From Azolla caroliniana (lineage: Eukaryota > Plantae > Polypodiophyta), in assembly GCA_043228905.1 (NCBI GenBank), contig JBHGNT010000004.1:13268001-13332000 (forward strand): DNA of 64,000 nucleotides, given 5' to 3'. Below are positions 36,490-48,216 of the stretch, in pieces. Below the pieces are notes generated by a model, which was given only the letters and a program-made list of their open reading frames with translations, made no database searches and had not been told where the DNA came from. Position 1 is the stretch's first letter, and each line of letters begins with the position of its first letter. A program made the position numbers and the translations under genes.

Positions 36490-39400
36490 CCGGGTCTTCC
36501 GTTGCCAGTTACTCCTCATCCAGTTCTCACCGGGTCTTCCGTTGTCGGGTACTCCTCATCCGGTTCTCACCGGGTCTTCCCATCCGGAGGGACCTGTTTC
36601 CTAACAAACTCCCCCTTCACTTCGGCATGGGATGACTTACTAGTCCGACCCGCTTCCGACATGCATCCATCTTGTGAGGTGTCAGTACTTTGGTCAACAT
36701 ATCTGACCCGTTCTCGGCCGTGTGGATCTTCATCAGCGCGAACTCCTAGTCATCTACTCTTTCCCGGATCCAGTGATACCTACGCTGGATATGCTTTGTC
36801 CGGGAATGGTAGGCCGCATTCTTAGCAACGTGGATGGCACTTTGATTGTCGCAATAGACCCGGTATTCATCTTGCCGGATACCGAGCTCACCGATAAAGT
36901 CCTTCATCCATAATATTTCCTTGGCGACTTCCACAGCCGCCATGTACTCCACCTCCGTGGTTGACAACGCAACCGTCTTCTACAGCCTCGACTGCCACAA
37001 AACAGCTCCCCTTGCATATGTCATTACATACCCAGATGTAGACCGGCTAGTATCCACATCAGCCAACATGTCTGAATCGGTAAAACCGTCAAGTTGAGGT
37101 TTACTAGAGCCGAATCGGAGACACATATTTGAAGTGCCCTTCAAGTACCAAAGTATCCATTTGACCGTGTTCCAATGCTCCTTGTCGGGATTGCTCATAA
37201 ACCGGCTCACCACTCTGACTGCGTATCCTATATCCGGTCGGGTATACACCATTGCGTACATTAAGTTCCCGATGGCAGAGGTATATGGAACCTTCATCAT
37301 ATCAGCTTTCTCTGCTTTCATCTTCGGGCTTTGCTTACCGGATAATCTGCAGTTTGCCGGAAGCGTCGATCCAACCGGTTTCGCATCTGACATGTTGAAC
37401 CGTTGAAGCACCTTTGTCACGTACTTCTCCTGTGACAGCCACAATTGCTTCGTTGGCCGGTTCCGGATGATATGCATCCCCAGCATCTGTCTTGTTGGAC
37501 CCAAGTCTTTCATTGGGCTTTGATAACCGGCTCCTCCATTTTCTCTTCATCCAATTCCGATTCGGGGTCTTGGCCAGTTCTGGTTTCAGCTTCCTCTACT
37601 TCTTCTTCTGCCGGTTCGGTATCCTCACAGTAACCGGTTGGTTCCTCAAGTGCTAACCGGTCTCTTGCCGGTTGGGTCTGCTCATCGTAGAATCGATCCT
37701 TACCAGTCGACTCGGAGTTCATTATCTTCTTCTCCGACTCCCAGTCTTGTCCTCCATGAAGATAATATCTCGACTCCGGAATACCTTCATGTCAGCCAGG
37801 TCCCACACTCGGTAGCCGAACTCATCGTCGCCGTAACCGAGGAATATGCATGGCCGGGTCTTCGGATCTAGTTTTCCTCTCCGGTCCTTAGCTACATGCA
37901 CATACGCAAGACACCCGAATACCTTCAGATGCCGGTAGGACACTTCCTTGCCGGTCCAGACTCTCTGTGGCCAGTTCTGGTTTTAGCTTCCTCTACTTCT
38001 TCTGCCGGTTCGATATCCTCACCGTAACCGGTTGGTTCCTCGAGTGCTAACCGGTCTCTTGCCGATTGGGTCTGCTCATCGTAGAATCGATCCTTACCGG
38101 TCGACTCGGAGTTCATTATCTTCTTCTCCGACTCCCAGTCTTGTCCTCCATGAAGATAATATCTCGACTCCGGAATACCTTCTTGTTAGCTAGGTCCCAC
38201 ACTCGGTAGCCGAACTCATCGTCGCCGTAACCAAGGAATATGCATGGCCGGGTCTTCGGATCTAGTTTTCCTCTCCGGTCCTTAGCTACATGCACATATG
38301 CAAGACACCCGACTACCTTCAAATGCCAGTAGGACACTTCCTTACCGGTCCAGACTCTCTGTGGCGTGTCTCCGTCCAAGGGTACTGAGGGTGATCTGTT
38401 TATCAGGCTCCCTTTGCTGAACTTCATAACATCGTTCCGGATGCTACCCGTGTAGCCTTCATCCTCTAGTCGACCGACTGATATCAGGTTCAGACAAACC
38501 TCCGGAACGTGTCGGACATGCTTCAGCAACAGCTTGCATCCGGTTGGTGTTGTCAACCACACGTCTCCTATGCCGACAATTCGGCATGTACCTTCTTTCC
38601 CCATCCGGACACAACCGTGATCACCAGTTGAGTAGGATGAGAAGCATTTCCGGTCCAGGGTAAGGTGGAACGACGCTCCGGAGTCGATCACCCAGGTCAT
38701 CTCGTCGCCGACAAGGTCTAGCTCACTCTCCTCGGTGATGAGCAGCAACTCTTCTTCACTTGCCGCGATTGTTGTCGTTCCCTTCCGGTCCGGCCCCCTC
38801 CGGTATTTACCGTTCCAGTCCGGTCTCCACTTCGAATCGGTACCGTCAGTTTCCTTGTCTTTTCGGAAATGCCGACAATTCTTCTGGAAGTGTCCCGGCT
38901 TGCCGCAATCGAAGCAAGTAGGCCTCCCCCTTGACTTTGACTATGTCCCTGACTTCTCCCGGTTCTGGGTACAACGGTTCCTTTGTCTTCCGTATTCCGA
39001 TTCGGTAAGGAGCACTTTGGAGTCGGAGCTCGTATCCTTATCTTTCCGACACGCCTCCTCATCTAGCAAGCTCGACTTCACTCTTGCTAGGGATAACTGT
39101 TTCCCTTCCGGCCCGGCGTTGCCCAAAGTGACAACCAACGTCTCCCAGCTATCCGGGAGGGAACCGAGCAGGAGTAGCGCTAGTACCTCATCAGCGAGAG
39201 GTACTTCCAAAGATGTTGCCTGGTGTATCAGCCCCTGGAAGGCATTCAAACACAGAAGACGGGAATGAATGCACAACACAATGGAGAGAAGAGTACAAAC
39301 AAAAAGAAAAGAGAATACATGATGTTAACGTGGAAAACCCAAACTAGGGAAAAACCACGGCAGCCCACAGACTGCAAACTATCACTATATCACAATGTTT

Positions 39401-39930
39401 ACAACAGTGAGCTCATGGAGGCAACGACCTCGTGCTCACGATCTTCGCCACAGGCGGCGGTTACGACAGAGGCAACGACCTCTTCGTTTATTTCTCTCTC
39501 TCTCTCTCTGTACACTGTTGCGCTCTAATCTTGCGCCAACAAGAATGACAACATTATTATACTAAGTTTTCCCTAAGTCATATTTATACTAATATGACTT
39601 TTTGGCTATTTACAAATATAGCCCTGATGGACTCTCAGAAAACATATTTACGAATATGTCCCTTCATCCGGTAGCACTCCTCACCGGGCCTGCATCATCC
39701 GGTGCTTGCCGGGTACTCCTCATCCGGTTCTCACCAGGTCTTCCGTTTTCGGGTACTCCTCATCCGGTTCTCACCGGGTCTTTCGTTGCCGGGTACTCCT
39801 CATCTGGTTCTCACCGGGTCTTCCATTGCCGGGTACTCCTCATCCGGTTCTTACCGGGTCTTCCGTTGTCGGGTACTCCTCATCCGGTTCTCACAAGGTC
39901 TTCCCATCCGGAGGGACCTGTTTCCTAACA
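36490..39930 (-). mobile_element. copia L (Tork-like, J family), multiply deleted; 5' LTR ~39245-39930, 3' LTR remnant 36490-36606, PPT 36607-36619; inserted in the RNase H of K
   Basis: LTR ends ..GGGACCTGTTTCCTAACA at 36606 and 39930; gag/PR/RH remnants nearly identical to J. Confidence 0.9.
39705..39905 (-). repeat. 40-bp tandem repeat, about 5 copies, in U3 of the L LTR
   Basis: gggtactcctcatccggttctcaccgggtcttccgttgcc at 39711, 39751, 39791, 39831, 39871. Confidence 0.92.
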
Positions 39931-42900
39931 TTTATTTCGGCAGCATCAAACTTGCGTGAGTGAAAAGCCACAGGATGTAGCTTCTCATCATTACCCCGTG
40001 TTGACAGAATGCTCCCCAATGCGAAATCTGATACGTCTGCTTCGATAATGAATGGTTTCTCCGGATCGACATGAGCTAGAATTGGAGCCGATGTAAATGC
40101 CTTTTTAAGACTCTCGAAAGCCATGTCCGCTTCTTTAGACCAAACGAACGATTGTCCCTTCCTAGTAAGCTGTGTGAGAGACAGAACGAGCTTTGAGTAA
40201 TCTTGTATGAACTTCTGGTAAAAATTGGCAAAGCCTAAAAAGCATTGCACATCTCGCACTGAACACAAAGTCTGCCACTCTACCACAGTTTTGACCTTAG
40301 CTGGGTCCATGGAGATGCCTTCCGAGGAAATGACATAGCCCAGAAATTCCACCTGGTTGCACCCAAAACTACATTTTTCCAGCTTTGTATAAAGACCATG
40401 TTCTCAAAGTCGTTTTAGTATTAACAGTACATGAGAATCATGCTCTTCTTGGGTCTTCGAATAAACCAGTAGATCATCCAAATAGAGGAGATCTCAGAAT
40501 ATATCATTTGCCATGTGCTGGAAGACTGTTGGCGTATTAGTGAGGCCGAACGGCATGACCGTATACTCAAAGGGCCCATATCTGGTGCGAAACGCGGTCT
40601 TCCATTCATCTCCTGGTCGGATCCATACGAGGTTATAGGCTCCCCGTAAGTTGATCTTCGTGAAGAACCTGACACCATTGATCCGTTCTAAAAGACTTGA
40701 GATAAGGGGAAGTGCATACCTATTTCTGATTGTAACCTTATTCAAGCCACAGTAATTTACAACGAGACGAAGTGATCCATCCTTTTTCTTGACGAAGAAA
40801 ATGGGTGCGCCAGCTGGAGATTTCGAATGCCGAATGAAACCATTTTCCAAATTCTCCTCTATATAGCCTTGCAGGACTTCTAGCTCGGTTGGTGACAAAT
40901 TGTAGATTGGTCCCCATGGTGGCTCTTTCCCTGGTTGTAAATCGATGGGGCAATCATACGGTCGATGGTGAGGAAGATGTATTGGCTTGTACTTTATCGA
41001 ACACATCAGCATAATGATGATACTTCTTTGGAAGTTGAACGGTGGACTCCTCTTTAATGGTGTCTGAGGGCTTTACTGATATTGCGAAGAGAAACATTTC
41101 TTCCTTGCATCCTTCCCGCAACTGATGTAGCGAAATGGTTGCAATCTCATGAGTAGACCCTCGGGCTTTTCGATACCGAATTTCTCTTGTTCTCCAATCT
41201 ATGTCTGGGTTATGTAATTCGAACCATGGTAATCCTAAAACAATGGGGTGTTCTGGGATGGATGCTAATTATATTAAATGATACTACACATGCTAGATTA
41301 TCTAGGACAATATTAATGGGGTCTAACTCTTCTATGATATTTCTGGAAGCAATGGGACGACCATCAATGCCTACTACAGAGGCTGGACACGGAAGTTTTC
41401 TGAGTGATATCTAATGAGCTTGGGCAAAGTTCCTATCCATGAAGCAAGAATTAGCTCCAGAATCTAGAAGTGCTAAGACATGTACTAGAGAGGTACTTTT
41501 AGTACTAACTGTTACTTGGGCTACGAACACATTTCTAACTTGCTTAGAGGGAATGGAATCTCTAATGGGTTGCACAGATCTAGGGTTGTCCAACCAAACG
41601 GCTCCTATTTTGGCTGGACTTAGTCGTTTAACTCTTCTTCTAACTAACTAAGGACATCAAATTTGTTCGCCAGATTTGGGCTATTATTACTATTAGGACT
41701 ATTAGATATCCCTACTTAAATAGACTCGAGTTTAGTATAATCAGAACTAGCAATTATTTGGTTTACCTGCCTTCTTGGCCTATGGGGACAGTTTACCGCG
41801 ATATGCCCTGGTCCACCGCAATAAAGACATAGTCGGTTTGCTCGGCTTCGTTGCTTTTCTTCTTCCGATAGCGGTCCACGATGACGTGTGGTGTCAATTT
41901 CCATCAGAGTTGGAGTACTTACTAGAGGCACATTATATGACTCCCTTAGAAAAGGTTTTGCTACCACTGAGGCGTAGGTAGGCTCAGATCTTGCCCTTGG
42001 CATCTGGAACTGACGTTCCGAACGCCATTCGAAGAGGCGATTGTCGCATCTCACTACGCGATTGATTGCTTCTGTTAATGACTTTGGTTCTTTGGGAAAG
42101 GTCAAGAGTAAATCTTTGACATCGTTAAGTAGACCATAACGAAATTGTTCCATTAACGCTTGATCATCCCAGGGGATATCGGAGGCGAGTAGACGAAAAT
42201 CTGCAACGTATGCAGAGGCTGGACGATCGCCTTGACTTAGTCGTCAAATCTTGTTGATTGTTGTCCTTATGTTGTCAGTATTTCCAAAACAGGCTTTAAA
42301 CTCACTTATAAATTCTTCAAAAAAATTTAGTAATGGAGATTCTTTTTCTAATAGCAGAGCGAACCATGCCAACGTTGAGCCACTTAACAACGTGCCTACT
42401 AAACCCACTCGTGATGCATCGGTGGGATATCGGGAAGGATGCATTTGAATAACTAGTTGTACCTAATTCAGGAACCCTCTAAATTGTGATTGCGTTCCAT
42501 CGAATTTCATAGGAAGGCCGATCTTGGGTTCTTTATGAATACCTTGTGTTACGGGTCCTTGTTGTTGCATGGCTACGATGGTTGCTTTGAGTTGTTGCAT
42601 ACGTAACATCAGCTCCCCGTGTTGTTGTTGTTTTTCCAACGCTATTTGTTGAAGATCCCCCAACAAACGGTGATTTTCTTGTTCTAGTGCTACAAATTTC
42701 TCCTTTAAGCACTAGAGCTCCGAGAAAACAGATTGGTATTCCTGAGCGCTAACAGTTTCCATTTTACTAGGGAGGTTAGTATGAAAGGAAGAAATTGGTA
42801 AGAAGATGAGGGAAACCGAAAAGAAGACCGAAAAAAGGGGATATGTAAGAAGATAAAAGGAAGAGGAGGAAAGGAGGAGACGGAAGGAGGACGGAAAATC

Positions 42901-43341
42901 GGTTCAAACTATCAGGATCAGTACTAAGACAGAGAAGGAATTAGTACTAAAAGATGAGGATTAGTACTAAGAGAGGTGTAGAACTCTCGAGAGAAGGAAA
43001 GAGTGAGCGAGAGAGAGAGATAGAGAGAGAGAAAGGGTGAGAGAATGATGATAAAAGATATATATTATGTGAAGAGAGTATACAATAGTAGCTAGGAGGC
43101 TTAAGACTAGCATTGAACCGATTTGGTTCGAAATAATGCCTTGTGTCTCCTTTTATAGTGTTCTCGAGAGTACTCTTGAAGTTTCTAGAATGTTCCAGAG
43201 AAATCTGGAATATACATCAATTTTCTATAATAAAACATAAATGAAAATAATATTTTACGTATTAGAATGTATGGTCTAATGGTCATGAGCTCGACCCATG
43301 TAGCATAAGGTTATGGGTTCGAGTCTTGCCATATCATGACA
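39931..43341 (-). mobile_element. Tcn1-like chromovirus K (gag-PR-RT-partial RH; 5' LTR 42910-43341), inserted in the 3' LTR of I
   Basis: FDGTQSQFRGFLN gag, CLYCGGPGHIAVNC, LLDSGA protease, RT close to M; LTR ends CATATCATGACA. Confidence 0.92.
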
Positions 43342-44454
43342 GACACCGGATGTTTTACGTGGAAACCCCGAAAGGAAAAAAACCACTGGGGTTCACAAAC
43401 CCCAAGAAAACAAATCACTATGTGTACGATGAGGAGTATAGGGAGACTCGGAGGCAACAATCTCAAGCTCGTCTTCGTCTAACAGACGGCGATAGAGTTA
43501 CTACTCTCACACTCTCTCTCTGTCACAGTTACAGAGGCAATGACCTCGTCAGTAACTTTTCAACTATCTCAATTGTACTAATGATAGACCACCACATAAA
43601 ATTTTCCCTAGTTGTATTTATACTTATATGACTTTCTGGCTATTTACAGATATAGCCCACATGGGGCACATTTAGACTATTCACAAATATAGTCTCCTGA
43701 ATCGGATATATTTTCGATTTTCGATTTTGTCCTTGGCCTATCGGCCTCGGCTAAATTGCCGATTGGTTCCATCTGATTCGGCCCGTACTCTTTCCATCTG
43801 GAGGGACCTGTTTCCCCAACAAACTCCCCCTTCACTCTAGCATGGGGTGTTTCTCCAATCTGACTCTTTGTCGGCATGCATTTAGCCTCTCTGCCGATAG
43901 CACCTTCGTCAACATGTCTGACCCATTATCATTTGTGTGGATCTTTACTAGAGCAAACTCATATTCTTCTACTTGCTCTCGGAGCCAATGGTATCTTCTT
44001 TGGATGTGCTTGGTTATCGCAGTGGAGTTGGAATTCCTCTTGCCAAATCCCCAACACTCCAATGAACTTCTTCATCCAAATTATCTCCTTGTTGGCTTCC
44101 ATTGCGGCCATGTACTCATCTTCCGTGATCGATAGTGCCACGGCCTTCTGCAACCTCGACTGCCACAAAACAACTCCCCCTACATACATCATTACGTACC
44201 AGAACATGGATCGGTTATTATCCACATCAATCGACATGTTCAAATCAGTATAACCTTCCAAGACCGGTTTACCTGAGCCAAATCGAAGACACATTCAAAG
44301 TGCCTTTCAGGTACCGAAGTATCCACTTGCCAGCAACCCAATGCTCTCTTTCGAGATTGCACATGAATCGGTTAACCACTCTGATTGCGTATCCAATTTT
44401 TGGCCTAGTACATACCATCGCGTACATCAGTCTTCCGATTGTTGAGGCATAAGG

Positions 44455-44739
44455 TGATGGGAAATTGTGCGGAATATTGCTCAGCTACAACCGAGTCTTC
44501 AAGCAATCTATGGAGAATCAAACACAGAAAATAGAAGACGGAGAAGAATGCACGTACACAAACAACAGTAAAGAGTACACAATGTGTTTTACGTGGAAAC
44601 CCCTAATAGGGAAAAAACCACGGGAGCACACAAACTCCTAACTATCACTATATGAAGATCTTAGAGAGGTTACAAGAATGAAGGTCTCAAAGGCAACGAC
44701 CTTGAGATCTCCCTTTGCCAACAGGCGGATACAATAGAG

Positions 44740-44798
<59 letters not shown>

Positions 44799-45052
44799 TA
44801 CACACCCATACAAGAATGATAACAACCTTTCCTCACTCTATGTGGTTGCCCTAAGTCATATTTATACTCATATGACTTTAGGGTTATTTACAAATATAGC
44901 CTCAATGGGCTTACTCTAACATATTTACAAATATGTCCTTGGATCCGGTTTGCTCCGGATCCATCCGAATTCCCTCAATCCGGTTTTCGGGTCTCGTCCA
45001 GCTCGTCCAGTTCTCATTCGGATCCCATCCGGAGGGACCTAAATTCCCAAGA
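44455..45052 (-). repeat. Solo copia LTR N (598 bp) with TSD TAAGG, contains (CT)n 44742-44795
   Basis: taagg at 44450-44454 and 45053-45057; interrupts the RT of I. Confidence 0.92.
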
Positions 45053-47490
45053 TAAGGGACCTTATTCATCTCAGCCTTCTCCGTTTTTTATTTCAGACAT
45101 TGTGTTGCGGATAGCTTGTTATTTGTCGGCAGTGTCGAGTCGACCGGTTTGCGCTTTCCATGGAGAATCTCAGGAGCACCTTTGTCACGTACTTCTCCTA
45201 TGACAACTTCTTTGTTCAGTCCTGGACAATGTTCATCTCCAGGATTTGCTTTGTCGGACCCATATCCTTCATCGAGAATGACATTCTCAAGGCCGTCTTC
45301 AAGCTTCCAATTTTCTTTGGGTCTCGTCTAACAATCAACATGTCATCCACGTATAGTAGGAGAATCAGGAAATCTCCTCTATTTAACTTCTTCAAAAGCA
45401 CGCAATAATCGGCTTGTTTTTGGTGGTACCCTTGATCTGTCATGAAGGATTCGAATTTTCGGTACCATTGCCGAGGAGCTTGCTTCAGTTCATATAAGCT
45501 CTTCCTCAATCGGCATACCAGGTTTCTTTACCTTTCTCCACGAATCCTTCTGGCTGCTGCATGTGAAACTCTTCCTCCAAATCTCCATGAAGGCAATCAG
45601 TCTTGACGTCTAATTGCTCGACTTCGAGATCCATGTTGGCCGCTATGCTCAGCACTGTTCAAATTCACATTATCTTTACAACCAGGGAAAATATCTCGTC
45701 GAAATCTACACCCAATTTCTACTGAAAGCCTTTCACGATGATTTGGGCTTTGTATCTAGGTGGATTCCCTCCATCTCCCGATTTCCACTTGTATACCCAC
45801 TTATTCTGGAGTGCCCTTTTCCCGTTCGTCAACTCGGTTAATTCGTATGTGTGTTTCTCATGCAAGGAATCCATCTCCTCTTGCATTGCACACAACCACT
45901 TTCGGCTGTGAGTATCTTTCTTAGCTTCATCAAAGCTTTCTGGCTCCCCCTCATCCATTAACAGTACACGTTCTTTATTCAGAAATCTCTAAGGGCCCTT
46001 CTCTCTCTCAAGGGATATCTTCTGCCTCCATTCAGCATAGTCAGTTCTTCTTTGTCTTCTTCAGTCGACTCGAATTTCGTTCCTTGTTCGTTTGGTTCCC
46101 CTTCTTCCTCAGTCGATTCTCAATTTTGTTGATTATCGATTTGGCCAACCAGTTCGTATCTAATTTCGGTTTGTTCAACCGACATTCGATTCGGTCGATC
46201 ATCAACTCGACTCGAATCGGTGTACCTGAAGATCTATTTTCGATCTCCCAATCAGCGTTCGGTAGTACTCTTCGAATTGCCCTCAGTATTCACTGCCATT
46301 GTTCGTTCATACCACTTTTAGTTTTCAGCCGGTTTCTCTCTCAACTCTCGCTGGGAACTCCTTGAAAAGACTTAGTACTTGGTCCTTCGTCTTTAGCATG
46401 TAAGCCCACAACTTACAATTGTGGTCATCAATGAAGGTAACAAAGTATTGTCAACCGGAATGAGACTTTGCATCTACATAGCATACATCAGTGTGTACGA
46501 GTTCCATGGCGGTATTCCTTCGAATCGGAGGCCTCAGTCGGATTGCGGCTTTGTTCTGTTTGTTGGCCAGGCAATCAACACATTTATCTCTACTTTCTTC
46601 ACTTCTAGCAAGAGTTCCTTTTTGGCATTCCCTTCTAGCTCATGTGGCATAGCCTCTTGTGCCACAACTCACCCGTTGTGTCCGCTACCTCATTTCGGCA
46701 TAATTGAGCATGCATCAAATATAGTGTGTTGGTTTTCCCTTGAGCCACGATTAGGCTCCTCTTGCAGAACTTCATGACGCCATTCCAAATGCTACCCATG
46801 TGGCCTTCATCATCCAGCCGACCGGTTGATATCAGATTTAATCTAACTTCTAGAACGTGTCGAACATCTTTCAGCACTAGTCGACATTACCAGACACACA
46901 TCTCCAATGTTGACGATTCAACATGCTCCTTCATTTCCCATCTTTACAGATCTGAGACCTCCAACTCTATAAGACGAGAAGCACTTCTAGTCGAGGGTTA
47001 GGTGAAATGACGCACCCGAGTCGACCACCCATGTCGATTCATCACCGATCAGGTTCACTTCGTTTTTCTCACTTATGAGCAAAAACACCTCACTTGTCGC
47101 GATTGTCAACGTGTTCCTACTGTCCAAAATCTTCTTCGGCTACACATTGTCGGTTCCCACCTTTTCCTTTTGGAAGTGACCCAACTTCCCACAATAGAAG
47201 CATGTGGGCCTTCCGCTCGACTTTGACCTTGTCCCCAACTTCCCTCGATTCTAGGGACTTTGATTGAATCAGCCTCTTCCTCGATTCCTGTCACTTTCCG
47301 TGACTAATGCCTCCGGTTCGGCACTGGACTCTCTATCCTTCAGGCGAGCTTCCTCATTTAGTAAGCTCGACTTCACCTGTTGTAGGGATAGGTTCTTCCT
47401 TTCCGGTTCGACTTTGCCCAATGTGACAATGAGAGTTTTGTTGGGAGACAGGTCCCTCCGGATGGGAAGGGAGAAGAACAGTGCCGAGGT

Positions 47491-47706
47491 ATGAGGAGTA
47501 CCTGGCTACGGAGAGCCGGATGATAAAGGCCCGGTGTGAACCAGATGAGTAGTACTCGGCTACGGAGAGCCGGATGATACAGGCCTGGTGTGAACCGGAT
47601 GAGTAGTACCCGGCTACGGAGAGCCAGATGATACAGGCCCGGTGTGAACCGGATGAGGAGTACCCAGCTACGGAGAGCCGGATGGTGCAGAACCGGTATG
47701 AACCGG
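47491..47706 (+). repeat. 54-bp tandem repeat, 4 copies, in U3 of the J LTR
   Basis: atgag(g/t)agtacccggctacggagagccggatgatacaggcccggtgtgaaccgg units. Confidence 0.92.
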
Positions 47707-48216
47707 AGGAAGAGACATATTCGTAAATATGTTTCTGAGAGCCCATTGTGGCTACATTTGTAGATAGCCGAAAATTCATATTAGTATAAATATGACTTAG
47801 GGCAAACTTTTAGAAAGGGTTGTTGTAGTTGTTACTTTTCTTGTTGGTGCAAGAAGAAGAGAGAGCACGTAATAGTGTACAGAGAGAGAGAGAGAGAAAG
47901 AGGTCGTTGCCTCTGTTGTAACCGCCGCCTGTGGCGAAGAGCGTGAGTCCCAGGTCGTTGCCTCCGAGAACTCACTGTTTTATACATTCATATATAGTGA
48001 CAGTTTGCAGCCTGTGGGCTGCCGTGGTTTTTCCCCTAGTTTGGGGTTTTCCACGTAAACCTCCTATGTAGTGTGTGCGTATCTTCCTCTCCTTTGTATC
48101 GTGTTTTATTTCCCGTTTTTCTGTGTATGAAAAGAATCTCGGTTGTGGCCGAGTGTTAGACATAAGGAACGTCCAGTTCCCGTCAAGTGGTATCAAAGCG
48201 AATTCGACATAGAAAA

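Noticed and set aside
39705-39905. Regular repeats resembling a CRISPR array (also 47491-47706, 4270-4420, 63144-63231)
   Set aside because: Head-to-tail units with no unique spacers, no cas genes, eukaryotic LTR or coding context.
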